DNA of 64,000 nucleotides from Bigelowiella natans CCMP2755 (GCA_000320545.1 ADNK01000094.1:1-64000), one strand, 5' to 3'. Numbered from the stretch's first letter, positions 23,157 through 36,869 are shown. The notes: generated from the sequence alone by a model not told the origin. Program-made: numbers and translations.

Positions 23157-24943
23157 TTAGTAGTATTCTTGTATCTTTGGAGGAGGCTCTTGAAGCTCTC
23201 TGGAATCGAGTTTGAAGCCTATGGGAGCATTGTTCTCCTGGATGTGCTTTCGCAGATTGAACCTATCGGCCACCCATGAATTCGAAATTTATAGCAGCCA
23301 CGGGCAACTCACTGCACAAAGTTCATTGATGATTTACCAGAAGTAGGATTGTCTGGCCTCTGAGACCGGTAGCATAGTATGCGCTTTCGATCGAGTGAAG
23401 ACGTCAAGATTGATCTGCGAAGGCGATGTTGAAAGTGTTTAAAACCGAATACACGATACACATGATACGTGCTCTACCTGGCGGACAGGAAGAATGCCCC
23501 AGAGATATTGTGTGTCAAGATCACTGATATCCGGCTGGTAGGAGAACCCTAAACGCTCTGCGAGAGCTTTGCTCCTAACGTTGTCTTTCATCGTACTGTT
23601 GAAAAATAGGAAACTAGATGGTGAAGATGCGCTGAACTTTGGGAAAAAACTCGTTTTATATGGAATTTCATGCATGATGTGATTTTCCGTGGCATTCCTC
23701 TCCGTGACAATAAAAGACGTGGTGGTTAAGTAAATGACTGCCTTAGACAACAGCCACAGCGAAAGTATCTATATTTTAAAGGGTCAAAGTGTGTTGCTGA
23801 CCTAATGTCGAGATGATCTAGGTGCAATTCATCTTCAGCAACCCGAATTATATGCTGCATGCCTCTTGTGGCGATGCCTTTTCCCTGAGCGTCTTTTGTC
23901 AGCCAGTACCCTAGATAACCGCATTTTCGTTTCCAATCGATGATGTTTATTGCCATTATTCCCTTTACTCTACCGTTGACCTTTCGAAAAATAAGTTAAA
24001 AGTTAAGGATTTAACGATAGAAACAACGCATATATGTAATATATAGCATAGACTGTGTCTATAGTTTCAATTGAACCCAAATCATGCACGCGTAGTGAAG
24101 GAGAAACACTAAAATCACCTCAACTGCCATCACCAGCCCTTTGGCAGTTTGCATCTTCCAAATCCAATAATCCACATTATATCCCACTTCGCGAATGCTC
24201 TGAGTTGGGGGCAGGAATGTAAATAGTAGCGTGTTAATATTCTCCGACAGCATTCAAGGCTATGCTAGATCATTATTACTGTAAAAGCCCCCCTCATCTG
24301 TGGAAGCCAGCGCTCGAGGTGCTCCCTGAAACAAAGAGTACTCAGTGATGAAGAACCGTTGGCACGGTCATCGTGAACCTGTTCGAATCAATTGCCTCAA
24401 AGATAGATTCCGTGTCCGCTTTACAAACAGGACGAACGACCACGGACGCCCCCTTGGCCTCGAATTGCGCTTCGAATCTATTGGCCTGAATGGGGTCGTT
24501 GCTGCCTGCAGCAACCTGTGGCTAGACAGGAGGGTTGGAATTAGTTTTCGACCAAAGTTACAATAATTACGATGAATGCAAGAATATATGCAATGATAAC
24601 AATAAAATCCACAATGTGGTGTGTTGGAGGATGTAGAGAGGGAAAACTGAAAATAAGTATTTACTGGGTACATGACGATGCCAGCAGGGTGGCTCCCTCC
24701 TACTAGCTTAGAAGGCGTCGCTTTGTGTCTCAAAACGAGAGATTTTGGAAATTTACTGCTTTTGAATAGATCTCTTTCATTTTTAGGCATTCTAATCATC
24801 CTCGTCGAAAGGGAATTCAGCCGGGGGTGCGTTACGATTGACCGAAGGCGTGTACGCGATGCTAAAGGTCCTGCATTTCCTCTATAAGAGCTTTCTGCTA
24901 GGTTGTAGATTAAGACACTGAAGATAACTAGAAAGCACATCAT
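23157..24943 (-). CDS. RimJ/RimL-type GNAT N-acetyltransferase with bipartite signal + transit-like N-terminus
   Basis: MMCFLVIFSVLIYNLAES is followed by an R/S/K-rich stretch. Later exons read IDWKRKCGYLGYWLTKDAQGKGIATRGMQHII (acetyl-CoA motif QGKG) and NVRSKALAERLGF. A plausible last exon ...PPPKIQEYY* ends at 23157. Confidence 0.75.
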
Positions 24944-25240
24944 TATGTGAAGGGGAACAAAAGACGAGCGGCGTGCCTCCTTCCTTAAAAGAGGTCCAAG
25001 ATTTCAGTCTCGGCCTCCACCTCGTGGTGAGGCAGGCATGCTGTTCCTCTGGTAGTGGTGCTCCTTCTTGGGAGTTTCCCCGTACAACAAGAAGCGACAA
25101 GCAGATTGAGTTGTCGCTCATTGATAAATGTCATAACACATGTCAAACGGGCCTATTTCTACAAGCGACAACACAAGAAGAGTTGTCGTACACCGAAATT
25201 TGTTCAGACTCCCAGCGCTCGGGATCGAAGGAAGATTCGG

Positions 25241-27271
25241 ATGATCGGCAGGAGGGTGGGGATCAAGCGGCCGCTGCTGTTTCCCTTTACAGCATCTTGG
25301 CGAAGACCGGCAGGGCCGGCGCTGAGGACACTCCTCTCATCCTCAGCCCATTATGGTGGTGAAGCAGGAGGAGCGCCTCAAAGCGATGCACGGATCTACC
25401 GACTGGCTTTGACCGGAGGTGAACCCTCTGCTGTCGGAGAGGCGTTATGACATGGCAGTTTTCATCAACTTCACCCCTGAATCAGGCCCTTGTGGAGGAA
25501 AGTCGAGCGCTTTGGCTCGGATAAATCAACGTCTCACTTCTCTGGGTAAAATTAATGAAAATAGCTGGTTAAGGCAATCCCAGCGAAGATAGAAAAAACA
25601 TCCGATTTAGAACCATCAATTCTTAGGTTTTGACGTATACTGTGTTCCAGAGGCTGCGACTATATTCGGTAGTGGCCAAATGATTGCTCTATCACAGAAA
25701 ATGCTCTGAATCATGGAAATGCTATCAGGCACAGCAGGATTGAATTGGGGCGCAATTACTCCTGAAGGTAGGTGTGTACACGTTGGACAAAAAGTGAAGG
25801 AAATTATGAGGATAATTGTAAGATACGCGCACCTATTGAATGTGAATACCTCTCGCATCCCCCCTCAATCCTATAGAGGCGTGGGTGGCACAGAAAGAAC
25901 TCTTCCGCACGCAAATGAGGCTGGAGGACAGCTTTGTCAACATTTCCCGGTAATGGTGATTTCGAAAATACTACTTTGAGACGATTTGTTGGATCGCCTT
26001 GTTATGACTAGACAAGACTTCTACTATTTCAAAATTTGTAGTGATGATCCAATTAACTGATCAGAAACCACCACAATCATATATGCACACACACACACAC
26101 ACACATGGCCACACATATAATAAATATAGTGTGTATGTGTGTGACATGTGAGTATTTGGCGCATCTATCAATATAAACAGGTTGAATGAGAAAAAAAGTA
26201 CCGTGCTACTATGCGACAGAGGTGCTTGATTCTTACGTCAGAATTCATCATCATGATCACCACAGAGTCATCATCGTCGTTCCCGGTTACTAGGTTTGAT
26301 GGATGGGAGCGCGTATATGCCTCAAGGCAAATTTGAGGAAATGGTCAACAAGGTTGGCGAGGATGTTGGTGATATCAAATATGGGAGGTCTGCATCATCA
26401 ACTTTCCCTTCTTAATTTTACATCGAGATTGCGAATTAGAGCAGCGATAGTACTTATTGAATATAGGTATACGTCCATTACTCGGTTTTTGTTTCGAGCT
26501 TAGTGGCTTTGAATAGCGGGGGGGGGTGGAGGGGGGGGGGCCGTTCCTCCAACTTTCCGTTGGACTCCAACTTTCCGTTGGAAATAAATATTCTCACATC
26601 AATCCCCATCCCGAGTCGATAATTTGTTTTTAATCGGCAGATACGATGCGGTGATACACATGGTCACAGCCGCCATAGGAGCTGAGAAATACTACACGCT
26701 CGAAAACAACGAAGCAAGGTAGGATGGATGCGGATGACGATGACAACAATGGTGATAATGATGGTGACAATGATGGTGATAATAATGGTGATGATAGTAC
26801 TAGTCGCAGCTACAGGGGAGTGCGGAAATCGCTGGCGCGCATTATTAAACAGCATATAGAGATAATAGTGGGTGAGAAAGTAAAAAATGGTGGTATCAAG
26901 TACATTCGATAGATAATGTAACCAGCCAACAATACATGCGTGTTTATTGATGAATAGACATGAGTCAAGGGAGCAAGCTGGCCAGCTCGATCGACGGCTG
27001 CGAGATGCATATGTCGGGGTATGAGAATCAAAGCCACAAGAGACTCTCCAAGCAGTACTAATGTCTATTTACAACCGAGAATCACGCCTGCTTGTTGTTA
27101 ATACTTTCCCATGCGGTGCGGAGAGAGGAAGGTTGCGTGACGGCTTTCTTCCTTTCGTATGTATGTGTATAATGTCTTTCCGGACAGGTCAACTCGCACT
27201 TCATCATACCAAACCGCGAAGAGTGGAGCTTCGATGACAAAGTTAGTTTTGATTCTGTGTTGTAGTTGTCG

Positions 27272-27303
<32 letters not shown>

Positions 27304-27398
27304 CCTCTTCTTCCTCCTCCTATGGTATGACATGGCTCCAGGCTGCTAGATTCGAAATGTGACAGGATGAGTGAATTGATTTTATGATGCCGTATGTC

Positions 27399-27478
<80 letters not shown>

Positions 27479-27625
27479 ATTCGAAGGGCTTTGAGTGTGG
27501 TGAGTACTGACACTATCGTCAATCTGTAAACAAATTGCATCATCGTTCACCACTTTTAAGGTGAACAGCGCTGTCGACCGTGTTTGCCAGATTGTGGGAG
27601 TGCCTGTGCAGGGCATTAGGAAGTA

Positions 27626-27664
<39 letters not shown>

Positions 27665-27885
27665 GTGATGAGTTTACCCATCGTTGCCGCCTGTCGTGGT
27701 AGTGGCTGGGATGAATCGATAATCTATACACTGATGATATTCTGCTGCTGTTCCCTTCTCCGCCTAGATATTTTTCACTGAAGTCTGTACCGGAAAGGCT
27801 CCCCATTCCAGAGCAGCAGTTCGTTGTTGATTACACGTATCTTCAAAGTAGGGTTCTTCTAATGTTTTTTGGACTTTCTTCTTCT

Positions 27886-27931
<46 letters not shown>

Positions 27932-28686
27932 CGCTCGCTCGCTCGCCCGGTCGTTCTGATATTAAGCCTATTCTCCGCTAAACTCAATGACCACGTGTTG
28001 GTGAGGCAATCCCGCGCACCAGCATAACAATGGATGCTATATAGCTTGCAACACTCACACATGTCACTTGCTAGCAGAAGCATCTTGCGACGAGGATAGC
28101 GCCAACAGCAGCAGTGTAGGACCACGTTCCCGAGTGCAGAAACGCACGGAAATCCCACCGCAATCCAGCCTCGAAAGTGCTTTACGCGTGGCAGCTGCCC
28201 AGCCTCTGAACATCAGCTACAGCCTCAGAGAGGAGGAGGAGTATCACGGTAGCAGGCGTTTGAGAGAATTGTGGAACTTCTTCTTTTTGCGTCGAACAAG
28301 TAGCACAGCTACGTCAATCGCAACATACGCGCCCCCTTTCTCATGGGGCAGCAGCAGTGCCATGATGCTGGTGGTTGTTGCTGTTGTTGTTGTTGTCGAT
28401 ATGCTTCTTCTCACCCGCCGTATTTGTCGCCTTGCCACCCGAAAATAGGCTTCCAAAATCTAACTACAAGCTCGCGCATCATCTCCAAGAAGGAATACCA
28501 GATATTGAAGACAAAGCCCATGGATCACACTGTTGAAACGAGACGATGGAGAAGGGTAAATGAAGAGAAGAAACACCACTGACAGAAATACACACATCCC
28601 ACCCTCCTGCCCCCCCCTCTTTCTCTCTTTTCTCTGTCTCTGTCTCACTTTCTCCCCCCCTCTTTACGTGCGCGCGCGTGTATGTT

Positions 28687-28720
<34 letters not shown>

Positions 28721-29352
28721 GTGTGTGTCACTATCATATAGGTATTCATGCATGAAGAGTACATCTTTGAGATTGACCTCGTCCTCGGCCCAAAGGGTGC
28801 TGCTTCTTATGCCTCTGATATGCATGCACACGGACAGCATCATCATAGGCCCTGCTCGCATTTCTGACAAATACGTTTCGTCATTTTCTGGATGAGTTAC
28901 TACCGTTTCGAGACCCCGCTTTCGGATTCCGCCATCAACACCAAATACGCGTCGTTGTGCAGGCTAGCCCCGGTAGCAATGATACTGAGAGTTGATGTTT
29001 GTGCAGGTTTGGATCACGTGAAGCTTGCGGTGGAGTGCGAAAATCTAAATTCGAAGGTGTGAATGTGATGTGCTTGTAGCGCCGCATGAGCTGCTTTTTA
29101 CTGCTGCTGGTTGAGGAGGGGGGGGGGGGGGGGTTGTAAACGCTTTTTGGGAGCTCTTCAATTGTGCCCAGACAGCAAAATGAAAGTGCTCGCTGCTATA
29201 AGGCAACTTCTCCCCATCGGGCATATTTACTTTATCAGGTGGATTTCCCCCCTTTCTTGGAGGTCGGAGATGAAGTCACGAACGACGAAAGGTTGCAACA
29301 AAAGGAGTTCATTGAGGGAGTCGTCACGTCATTGATGCATCTCTACAATTGA
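25241..29352 (+). CDS. Ttd14-like P-loop NTPase (AAA_28-type) with a C-terminal CYTH-like domain and a mitochondrial-type presequence
   Basis: MIGRRVGIKRPLLFPFTASWRR... presequence; RLALTG|GPCGGKSS (P-loop); GFDVYCVPEAAT; AVLLCDRG|LMDGSAYMP; RYDAVIHMVTAAIGAEKYYTLENNEA; C-terminal VFMHEEYIFEIDL and VDFPPFLEVGDEVTND, with stop at 29352. Confidence 0.8.
26547..26582. repeat. Tandem duplication of an 18-bp hairpin unit (CTCCAACTTTCCGTTGGA x2) in an intron
   Basis: Two exact copies; TCCAAC and GTTGGA within each copy are reverse complements. Confidence 0.85.
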
Positions 29353-30217
29353 CTTCTGATTTTCTTGGTGATATTTCTCTTGCGGTGACTTACTATCTGC
29401 AACAACTCTAGGTATAGCAGCTGGCATCTAGCCATCAGCAGAGGGAAAGATAGCTAGAGGCCCAACCTTTACAGAATGTAATTGTTACTATATTGAGGTG
29501 GCAAGAAACGTTGAAACGTGTGTACAGAGCACTGACACATACTACATTAAGATTACAAATGATACAAGGCCTAGAATGCGAAATTTATATTTTCAGTAGG
29601 TGTGCGGCGCTACGATACAAATACTAACGAATAACCTGTTCACTTGTTTCTCTTGCATTCGTGCTAGTACGTCACTTGTGGACGATGTTGTAGCTACAAT
29701 ACTTTACAAAAGCGTATTTATGCTACCCATAAGGCTGCTCTTGGAAGTCCGCCAATAAAGCTTGGTAATCGGGAAAATGAATTCCCGCGCCAGCTCCTGT
29801 ACGATACGATATTTGCAACTAATTTGCGCAGATTTATTAGTACAGCAAACTGCAAAGCCATTGACATTCAGTAATGGAAGCTACTTTTCTATGCTTGGCA
29901 TAATCATTGGCTTAGTCTCATGCCAACATAGCTTGTTGCCATATGGGTATGCCATGCCCCGCCGCGTGCGTGTCGGTCGGCGATCCAATGTTGCATACAT
30001 GTGCATTGCATCACGCGCTGTTTGCGGGATCGGATATTATGGATGATCGATCGATGTGTAGCGCTCGCAAAGCGCCGTACTAACGACAGCCATCTCAACA
30101 ATGCATGCATGATTCATTCAGTATGGTGGTTTCTAAAAAAATACTATAAACTTAATTGCAGTTGATGTGCACGTATCCGTTCTTATTTTGAGCTCGAGAA
30201 GAACGAAGATAAATCAT

Positions 30218-31109
30218 CTAGTCCCGACTACGCTGTCCAGCACCGGCGTCGGTTTTCTTACTACCAAAGAGAATCTCCTCGACCCCTGTAGCAGAACGCA
30301 GAAATCATCATAGATTCGATTTAAGAAAGACAGAGAATCAGGGAAAAAAATGTTGTGACATAATTAACACACGCACGACCTTGCCCAGCTGGGTTATAGC
30401 TACCACCAGCTGCTAAATACTCGGGGCAGGGTCTGTACACTTTAATTGGCCACCAAGGAAAAACTAGAGCAAGACCTCCCATTTGATTTCCTTGACCGTT
30501 GCATCCCCAATCTGGGCCTCCGATCTACAGGTAATGGTGATACGGAATCAAATTAGAGCCAGAGTCTCTGTAAACGTCGTGCTAATACCTTCCCACACCC
30601 AGGACATTTTTGCTCAGGCTCGGAAAATTCTTCCCTCAAACCTGCTTCGGCCTCTGGCAAAATTCCCTGTACATTATGACGATATATAGATGGGGGTAAG
30701 ATGGCATAATCGTCCTAGAATATATTCTTAGCGACAGAAAACGACAAGTAAAGAGAATCTTTGAAAGACCAAAGAGGCTTTCGTGTAGTTGCTATTTCCA
30801 CCATTTCGCTCATCGAACTTATACTAATCATTCATCAAATAAGGAGAGTTTGACCGAATCTTGGGAGCCGTCAAGGTTCTCTGACTCTGACCGGACCAAA
30901 TGGCGCCTAAGCCCTTGGTGGAAAGGCTTGCTCACAACCGACGTCGCTGGAGATACGAATCGGGATGGCCGGCAGGCGATGGCCTTTCTGCTCGCAACAT
31001 TGGCCATAGCCAGAGGCTTGGATGTGGATGTAAATGTCAGAGCAAAAAGAGATACGATCCCGCAGAGAACGCCAATGAAAACAATAGAAGGAAGCCTGTG
31101 GTTCGTCAT
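30218..31109 (-). CDS. Small plastid-targeted protein with CxxC and GCNG...GG...WWPIKxYRPCP motifs
   Basis: Signal peptide (SIVFIGVLCGIVSLFALTF) plus an S/R/A-rich transit peptide ending RRHLVRS. Mature exons read EQKCPGCGK|IGGPDWGCNGQGNQMGGLALVFPWWPIKVYRPCPEYLAAGGSYNPAGQ|GVEEILFG...RSRD*. A 16-nt micro-exon (FDERN) is needed to keep the frame. Confidence 0.75.
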
Positions 31110-32120
31110 TGTTGCGGGGGGGGGTGAATACGACTTCTCGTAGGGATAACGGAGGAGGTGTATTGAGGGGATTTTGTGCCTGCGACCTGCGACTAACATC
31201 TCTCTTTACCACAAAAATTTGCCATTTTCCAGTTGCGACAATGAATATTCCCATTTTCCACGCTCAAATGAAGGCGAATGCTTGATGCTACTACTTGAAT
31301 CGGTAAAGAAAAGTACGACAGCACATGGTATTCATTGTCTCAGGGCTAAAATATCACATGTTGGTTGGTTTAATTCCCACAAGACCTGTAAGTGCTCACA
31401 GGAAGGAATCACAGGCTTTCAATACGAGTGCGACAAAGAATATCGACTGTTCTGGATCCAAATGGGATCCATTCCAGGATGACCTCGGCAGCGGAAAGAA
31501 AGCCGAGCTCCGCCGAGAGCTGAGAAGACGACGAAAGGTTTCTAGGACTAGCGACGATAAGTTATCCTTACGATCTAAACTCCTTTTTGGTAAAAGCTTT
31601 ACTCACGTCGTCGGCGACTGGCTGAGGTCAATGCAGAGGCGGAATAAGAAGCATGATAAGTATAGGAGTACTAGTTTTTGTCGCGTACACATCTCGCTAT
31701 CTTGTTCGTGAATGATGACGGTGAGAATCCAGAGCGCATGTCAATAGCAAGTTTTTGCTTCATTTTTCCAGCCATTCATGTTCAGCTATACTACAGATTA
31801 GAGTCAGTGTAACCAAGACTTCATTTCTTATCTTTCCGAGGTGCTAATGTGCGCTCGTGCTCTACTGTGTAATCTGAAAATTGCAATTTGCACAGTCTTT
31901 CGAAGGCCATAGATGTACATTTGCTCGATTATATAATGCGATACCAACAGAGCTAGAAAATGCGCATGAGATGACTATAGACACGGCAAATTCATGCGAG
32001 ATGTCAGCGGCATAAATTTGCACATGGAACAGACTCGAGGCGCACCCTATTAATTCTTGATATGCTACTGCATTTTGCTTGCATCAAGTCATACTCTCAC
32101 AGCGTAACTATATGCCAGAA

Positions 32121-33633
32121 TTAGCTGTAATCACTCGTGCTTCCTCCCCAGATGGGTCCATTGATCCTTCCCTGCATATCCTCCTGAAGCGCTCGTTTGT
32201 TGCCCATGTCCATCCGATCCCGCACAGCTCCGCGCTGACTTCGCTCTGTCCGTATCTATAGGATACGCGTGGGCATCATATATGAATATACATCCATGCT
32301 GATGTGCTACTGCTTCTCTGCAAAGGTCATAGCTTTACTACTACCTTTTCCATAGTATCCTGGTATACAGACTGGCCCATCTTGCGATCTTGGGATGCGT
32401 GCTAATCATAAATAAAGGAGACATAAATGCGGTGTTGGAGGGGTGGTATAGTCAGTAAAAAGGAGAGAAGAGAAGGAGTAAGGACGGAGATCCATGCCGC
32501 TTTCTCCTCCTCGTCCTCCCCTCCTCTTCCTCCTCCTTCTTATCTCGTTCCGACTGGCTTCCCCATTCCCTTCTCCTCAATTTCGATCATGGCATATGAT
32601 TCGTTTTTGTCTTACGAAGACGTCTGCCTCGTGATTCGGGTCCTCCTCTCCATCCTAGTGCGCACATACGCACACGGACACCAAAACATACAGAAATATT
32701 GCGCGCTGTGAATACGAATAAATTACGAACTACAGGGAAATCCCTCTCCTTTGCCAAGCGTCAACATGCTACTCTCATGTTCTCCCATCTGCTTTTCTTT
32801 TTATATATTGCTCATATCGACCTCTTTGATCAGTCCATACCGCATGCCTCCTAAACCTTGCTTCCTTTCCTCCTGCGACAAGGTGGTATGAAAAGAGGAA
32901 ATTTCAGTACATAGAGACTTCAACCACTTCTCCCTCTTTCCCCCAAACCCTATCCAATGATGATTAAACACTATATTTATCTCCTTGCACACCTTTTTTT
33001 GCGCTTTGTATAAATCGTGCGCCGACGGTTTGGACGGGTCAACATAATCAGGTTCTTTTCTGAAATGAGGGTTATTTCCGAGAAGATAAAAGCATATTAC
33101 ACGTGCCATGCATGTACACGGATGATGGAGCCATGCAAAAAATACGGTCTGATAAAAAATTAAATTTAAAAAGTAGTCGCTGTTGATGATATTCCTGCTA
33201 CTTTTGCTTTTCCTTCTCCTCTTCCGTAGGATAGAATCCGATTTGACCTTTATACACGCGACCTGATACGAAAAGCATTTGGTGTGGAAGAATGACAAAA
33301 ACATGGTTTCGCGCCTTGGCCTATTGATGATCTAAATAGCATCATCATCATCATCATCATCGTTATCTCCGTCGTTCATCACCATACTAACTTCCTCTTT
33401 TGTCGACAAAGCTACGCTACCTTCATTAATTCTCCTTTGAATCCTTTGACGCACCTGCTCCATCTCAAATTGCTCCGCCTTTTGCCACACATGCAATGAT
33501 AATGATAATGTAACACATGGAAGGAGAAAAAACATATGGAGGGCGAAAGGGTAAGAAAGAAAAAGAGAGAGAAGGGGGGGGGAGAGGGGTATGTGTGAGT
33601 GTGTGTGTGTGTGCGTGTGTGTGTGTGCGTGTA

Positions 33634-33730
<97 letters not shown>

Positions 33731-35208
33731 CAGGCAGAGAGAGAGAAACGAGAACTAATAAGGAAGCTGTATTCTTCTTGCTTGTTTCCTAGCAAACATC
33801 AAGATTAGCACCTGAATAGCCTGTAGTGACTGTTCCGAGAAAGGCGTATAGTCGATAATCGGCACCTGATAATATACGAATTAGAATAAATGAAACGGGG
33901 TTGGTATACTGTGCGAGTAACTGTGTGTGTATCATATGCCCGTGTATGAGCAAAACAAAGGCAACCATGAGGAGTTAAAACCAGGACAGGGATGTTGCCC
34001 CTCTCCGTTTGCTAATTCCTTTGTCATTATTCTGCATTTGTCACGCATCATGGCGCATATTGTAGGCCCGCACGCTCGCACACACATTCTCGTCGAGCGA
34101 TGAGGAATCCCCCGCCCCGCCTCCTACAGTCGCCTTTCTCTTTTCGCCTGTCCTCAGCCGCATAGCACCGTCGCCCCTTCCACCTGTAAAAATGATGTCA
34201 TGTGTGCATAGCATTTTTAGGAGAAATTGTAGGTTAGGCTTGTCTTCAACCTTTATTGGTAAAATTTGCGTTGCTTCGATTGGAATTGTGTGCCGAAGCC
34301 TGTAGCGACCTGCTTCCTGACTGTTGGCGAAGGTACCTACTCATCAGCTCCATGCGTTTTTTCATCTCCTCAAGTTGCTGTTTCAGTCGCTCGTTCTCCT
34401 TCACGACCCGAAGGACATTCTCGTGATAAGTTGTATCGTCATCACCGCCATTACCATCACCAACGTCTATACTCTTGGAGGACCGCCGTTTCTGCTCGAG
34501 ACGCCTTTCCTCTCCATCCTCGACAGATGACGACGAGCTTGAGGAGTAGGAGGAGGAAGAGGAGGAAGGACAAGACGATGAAGGGCTGCGGCGTTTGTCT
34601 TCCCTATGCTTCTGCCTTCTGCGATGATGGTGTCCTCGATGTCGACGATGCTTCTTGTGAGCCCGCTGCTTCCTATTGCCAGAGTTTCGAGAAGGTCTGC
34701 TGCACACGCGAAGAATATGTTCTCTGGTCAACAAGAGGAGACAACATTTACCACCGTGCTAGGATTGTTCATCATCATTTTCACCATCATCACCATCATT
34801 GTTAGAGCTATCATCACCACCACTGTCGTCAACAACCGCGCCACCACCATTGTCGCATAAACAAATTTTGTGAAAAAGGAAATTTAGCGGTACGGTCTGT
34901 CGCCTCTCCGTTCCTTGAGCGCTTTCGTTCTTTTGGATGCGGAGTGTTTTGGCGGCTTTTCCTCTGTGTAGCCTACCACTGTGGCCCCTTCCTCCTCTTG
35001 GACCTGGAGTTAAGTGAGCAAGTTATACCGTAGATTATCAGACATAGTATTCCTCTATGTAAACCAACCCGAATGAATGCCCGGGCCACTGGTGATGAGA
35101 CTGAAGATAAAAGATCTTCATTCTGTGCGGAGGATCGAATCCTGAAAAGGTGTTGGAGTTGACAACTGTAGATCGAGAAATGAAATCAGGATTGCAGGAA
35201 AGGAACGG

Positions 35209-35251
<43 letters not shown>

Positions 35252-35355
35252 TCGGACAACCCTGAACTGAGGAGAACCGTAAGGACAATCATTTTCTGCC
35301 ACATGTGAGAATCAATTGTGGCGGATCTCACAACAGGCGAGGGATAGCTGGCCAT
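32121..35355 (-). CDS. Multi-exon hypothetical protein with Arg/Ser/His-rich and coiled-coil segments; 5' end uncertain
   Basis: Exon-like blocks with GT-AG ends: 34730-34340 (KKHRRHRGHHHRRR...ENERLKQQLEEMKKRMELM), AEQFEMEQVRQRIQRRINEG, KEPDYVDPSKPSAHDLYKAQKK, and a terminal IRTERSQRGAVRDRMDMG...DYS* at 32121. Confidence 0.45.
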
Positions 35356-35669
35356 TTTGCTCTGCACGCCCCATTTCTCGAGAATTTGCTGCTTCGGGTG
35401 AGCGATCAGGTTCGGTTAGCTGCGAGCACCGCTGACGGGAAACGTGTACGTCGCGTTTGCGTGGTGAGACATAGATATTTTACATATTTCTCCATAAATT
35501 GGCTCCGTTTTCGTTCTTTAACCAAACAACGACCAGCATCAGAATTTGGCTTTTGTTAGTTTCTGTCAGTAATCGCCTGCTGAAAACTGCCACAAAATGA
35601 AATAAAATTGCCATCAATGACAAAGGCTTTTGGATTGGTTGCACAACTTGTGGGCATACTGAATGATAT

Positions 35670-36869
35670 ATGCTCGATGTTTTCCTTCTTTCTCTTCCTG
35701 TCGGCGAGTTTGTGACCATCGATCGGCTCGGCATTTTTAAGAAAGACTGTGAAGGAATGAGGCGGTCGAATGAAGATTCCTTTGGGAGAACAGCTCTCCA
35801 TGTTGCTGCTTACAGTGGCCGGGTTGACCATCTGCATCATCTTGTGGAGGAATACAATGCCGATGTCGATGCGAAAGACAACGATGGGTTTACGCCCCTT
35901 CACTGCGCGGTTATGTGTTACCAGGTTAAAGCAGTTCGATATCTCGTGTTGGAGGCCAAGGCCGATCATAAGGTCAAAGGCTTTCACAACAGGACACCTT
36001 TGCACTTAGCTGCAATCCATGGCTGTGTAAATACGATGCGATATCTTGGGACGAACGTTGAGGCTAGAGATTCAGATGGGTATACACCCCTCCACCTCGC
36101 AGCTGAGAATGCTCGTCTTGATTCGATGCGATACATCATGGACACATTCAAGATTGATATCGAAGCTAAGAATGACCAAGGAAATACACCCCTCCATTGT
36201 GCCGCTTGGAAGGGCTCTACTGCTTGTATGCAATACCTTGTAGAAGCCAATGCCAATGTCGAGGCTGAGGGTAACCATCAAAAGACGCCTCTACACATTG
36301 CTGCTGGAGATGCTGCTGCGATGCGGTGTCTTATTGAGAAAGCAAACGCTAATGCCGAGGCTAGAGACAAGTTTGGTCGAACGCCCTTGCATTTTTCTGT
36401 GAGCAAAGGTAATCTTAGTGGGATGCGGTACCTCTTAGAAAACGTCAACGTCAATGTCGATGCGAAGGACAATGCAGGAGAGGCACCCATTCATTGTGCA
36501 GCTTCGCTTGGGAATTTGGATGTGATGAGCTATCTCTTAGAGAAAGCCAACGCAAATGATGGGGCTGAGAACAATGAAGGCGAAACTCCGCTCGATGTTG
36601 CCACGGAAATGAAGCATGTTGGAATTATCAACTGTCTCATCGCAGCAAAATGCGATCGCATCTCACAGGTTGTAAATCGAGACATGTCCAGCCTCTCCAT
36701 GATTCATGGGAGTGTCACCGTAGCTATTTTTGGAAATGGCAAAGACTACTTTGACCAGGGACTAGCTTGTACATTTGCACAAGTAGCAGATGCATGCTGT
36801 GCGAAGGAAAAGGACGTTGAGAACATCGAGAGCATCGAGAGCATCGAACTCGAGCTGGCGAATAGATAG
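35670..36869 (+). CDS. Ankyrin-repeat protein (about 9 repeats) in one uninterrupted ORF
   Basis: Repeated GxTPLHxAA...G....YL.E...A.VEA.D motifs across the 399-aa ORF. The true start may be the ATG at 35757 or an upstream exon. Confidence 0.92.
   Translation: MLDVFLLSLPVGEFVTIDRLGIFKKDCEGMRRSNEDSFGRTALHVAAYSGRVDHLHHLVEEYNADVDAKDNDGFTPLHCAVMCYQVKAVRYLVLEAKADHKVKGFHNRTPLHLAAIHGCVNTMRYLGTNVEARDSDGYTPLHLAAENARLDSMRYIMDTFKIDIEAKNDQGNTPLHCAAWKGSTACMQYLVEANANVEAEGNHQKTPLHIAAGDAAAMRCLIEKANANAEARDKFGRTPLHFSVSKGNLSGMRYLLENVNVNVDAKDNAGEAPIHCAASLGNLDVMSYLLEKANANDGAENNEGETPLDVATEMKHVGIINCLIAAKCDRISQVVNRDMSSLSMIHGSVTVAIFGNGKDYFDQGLACTFAQVADACCAKEKDVENIESIESIELELANR

Noticed and set aside
31174-31711. Possible small + strand gene divergent from the plastid protein
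   Set aside because: No motif and no convincing exon structure.
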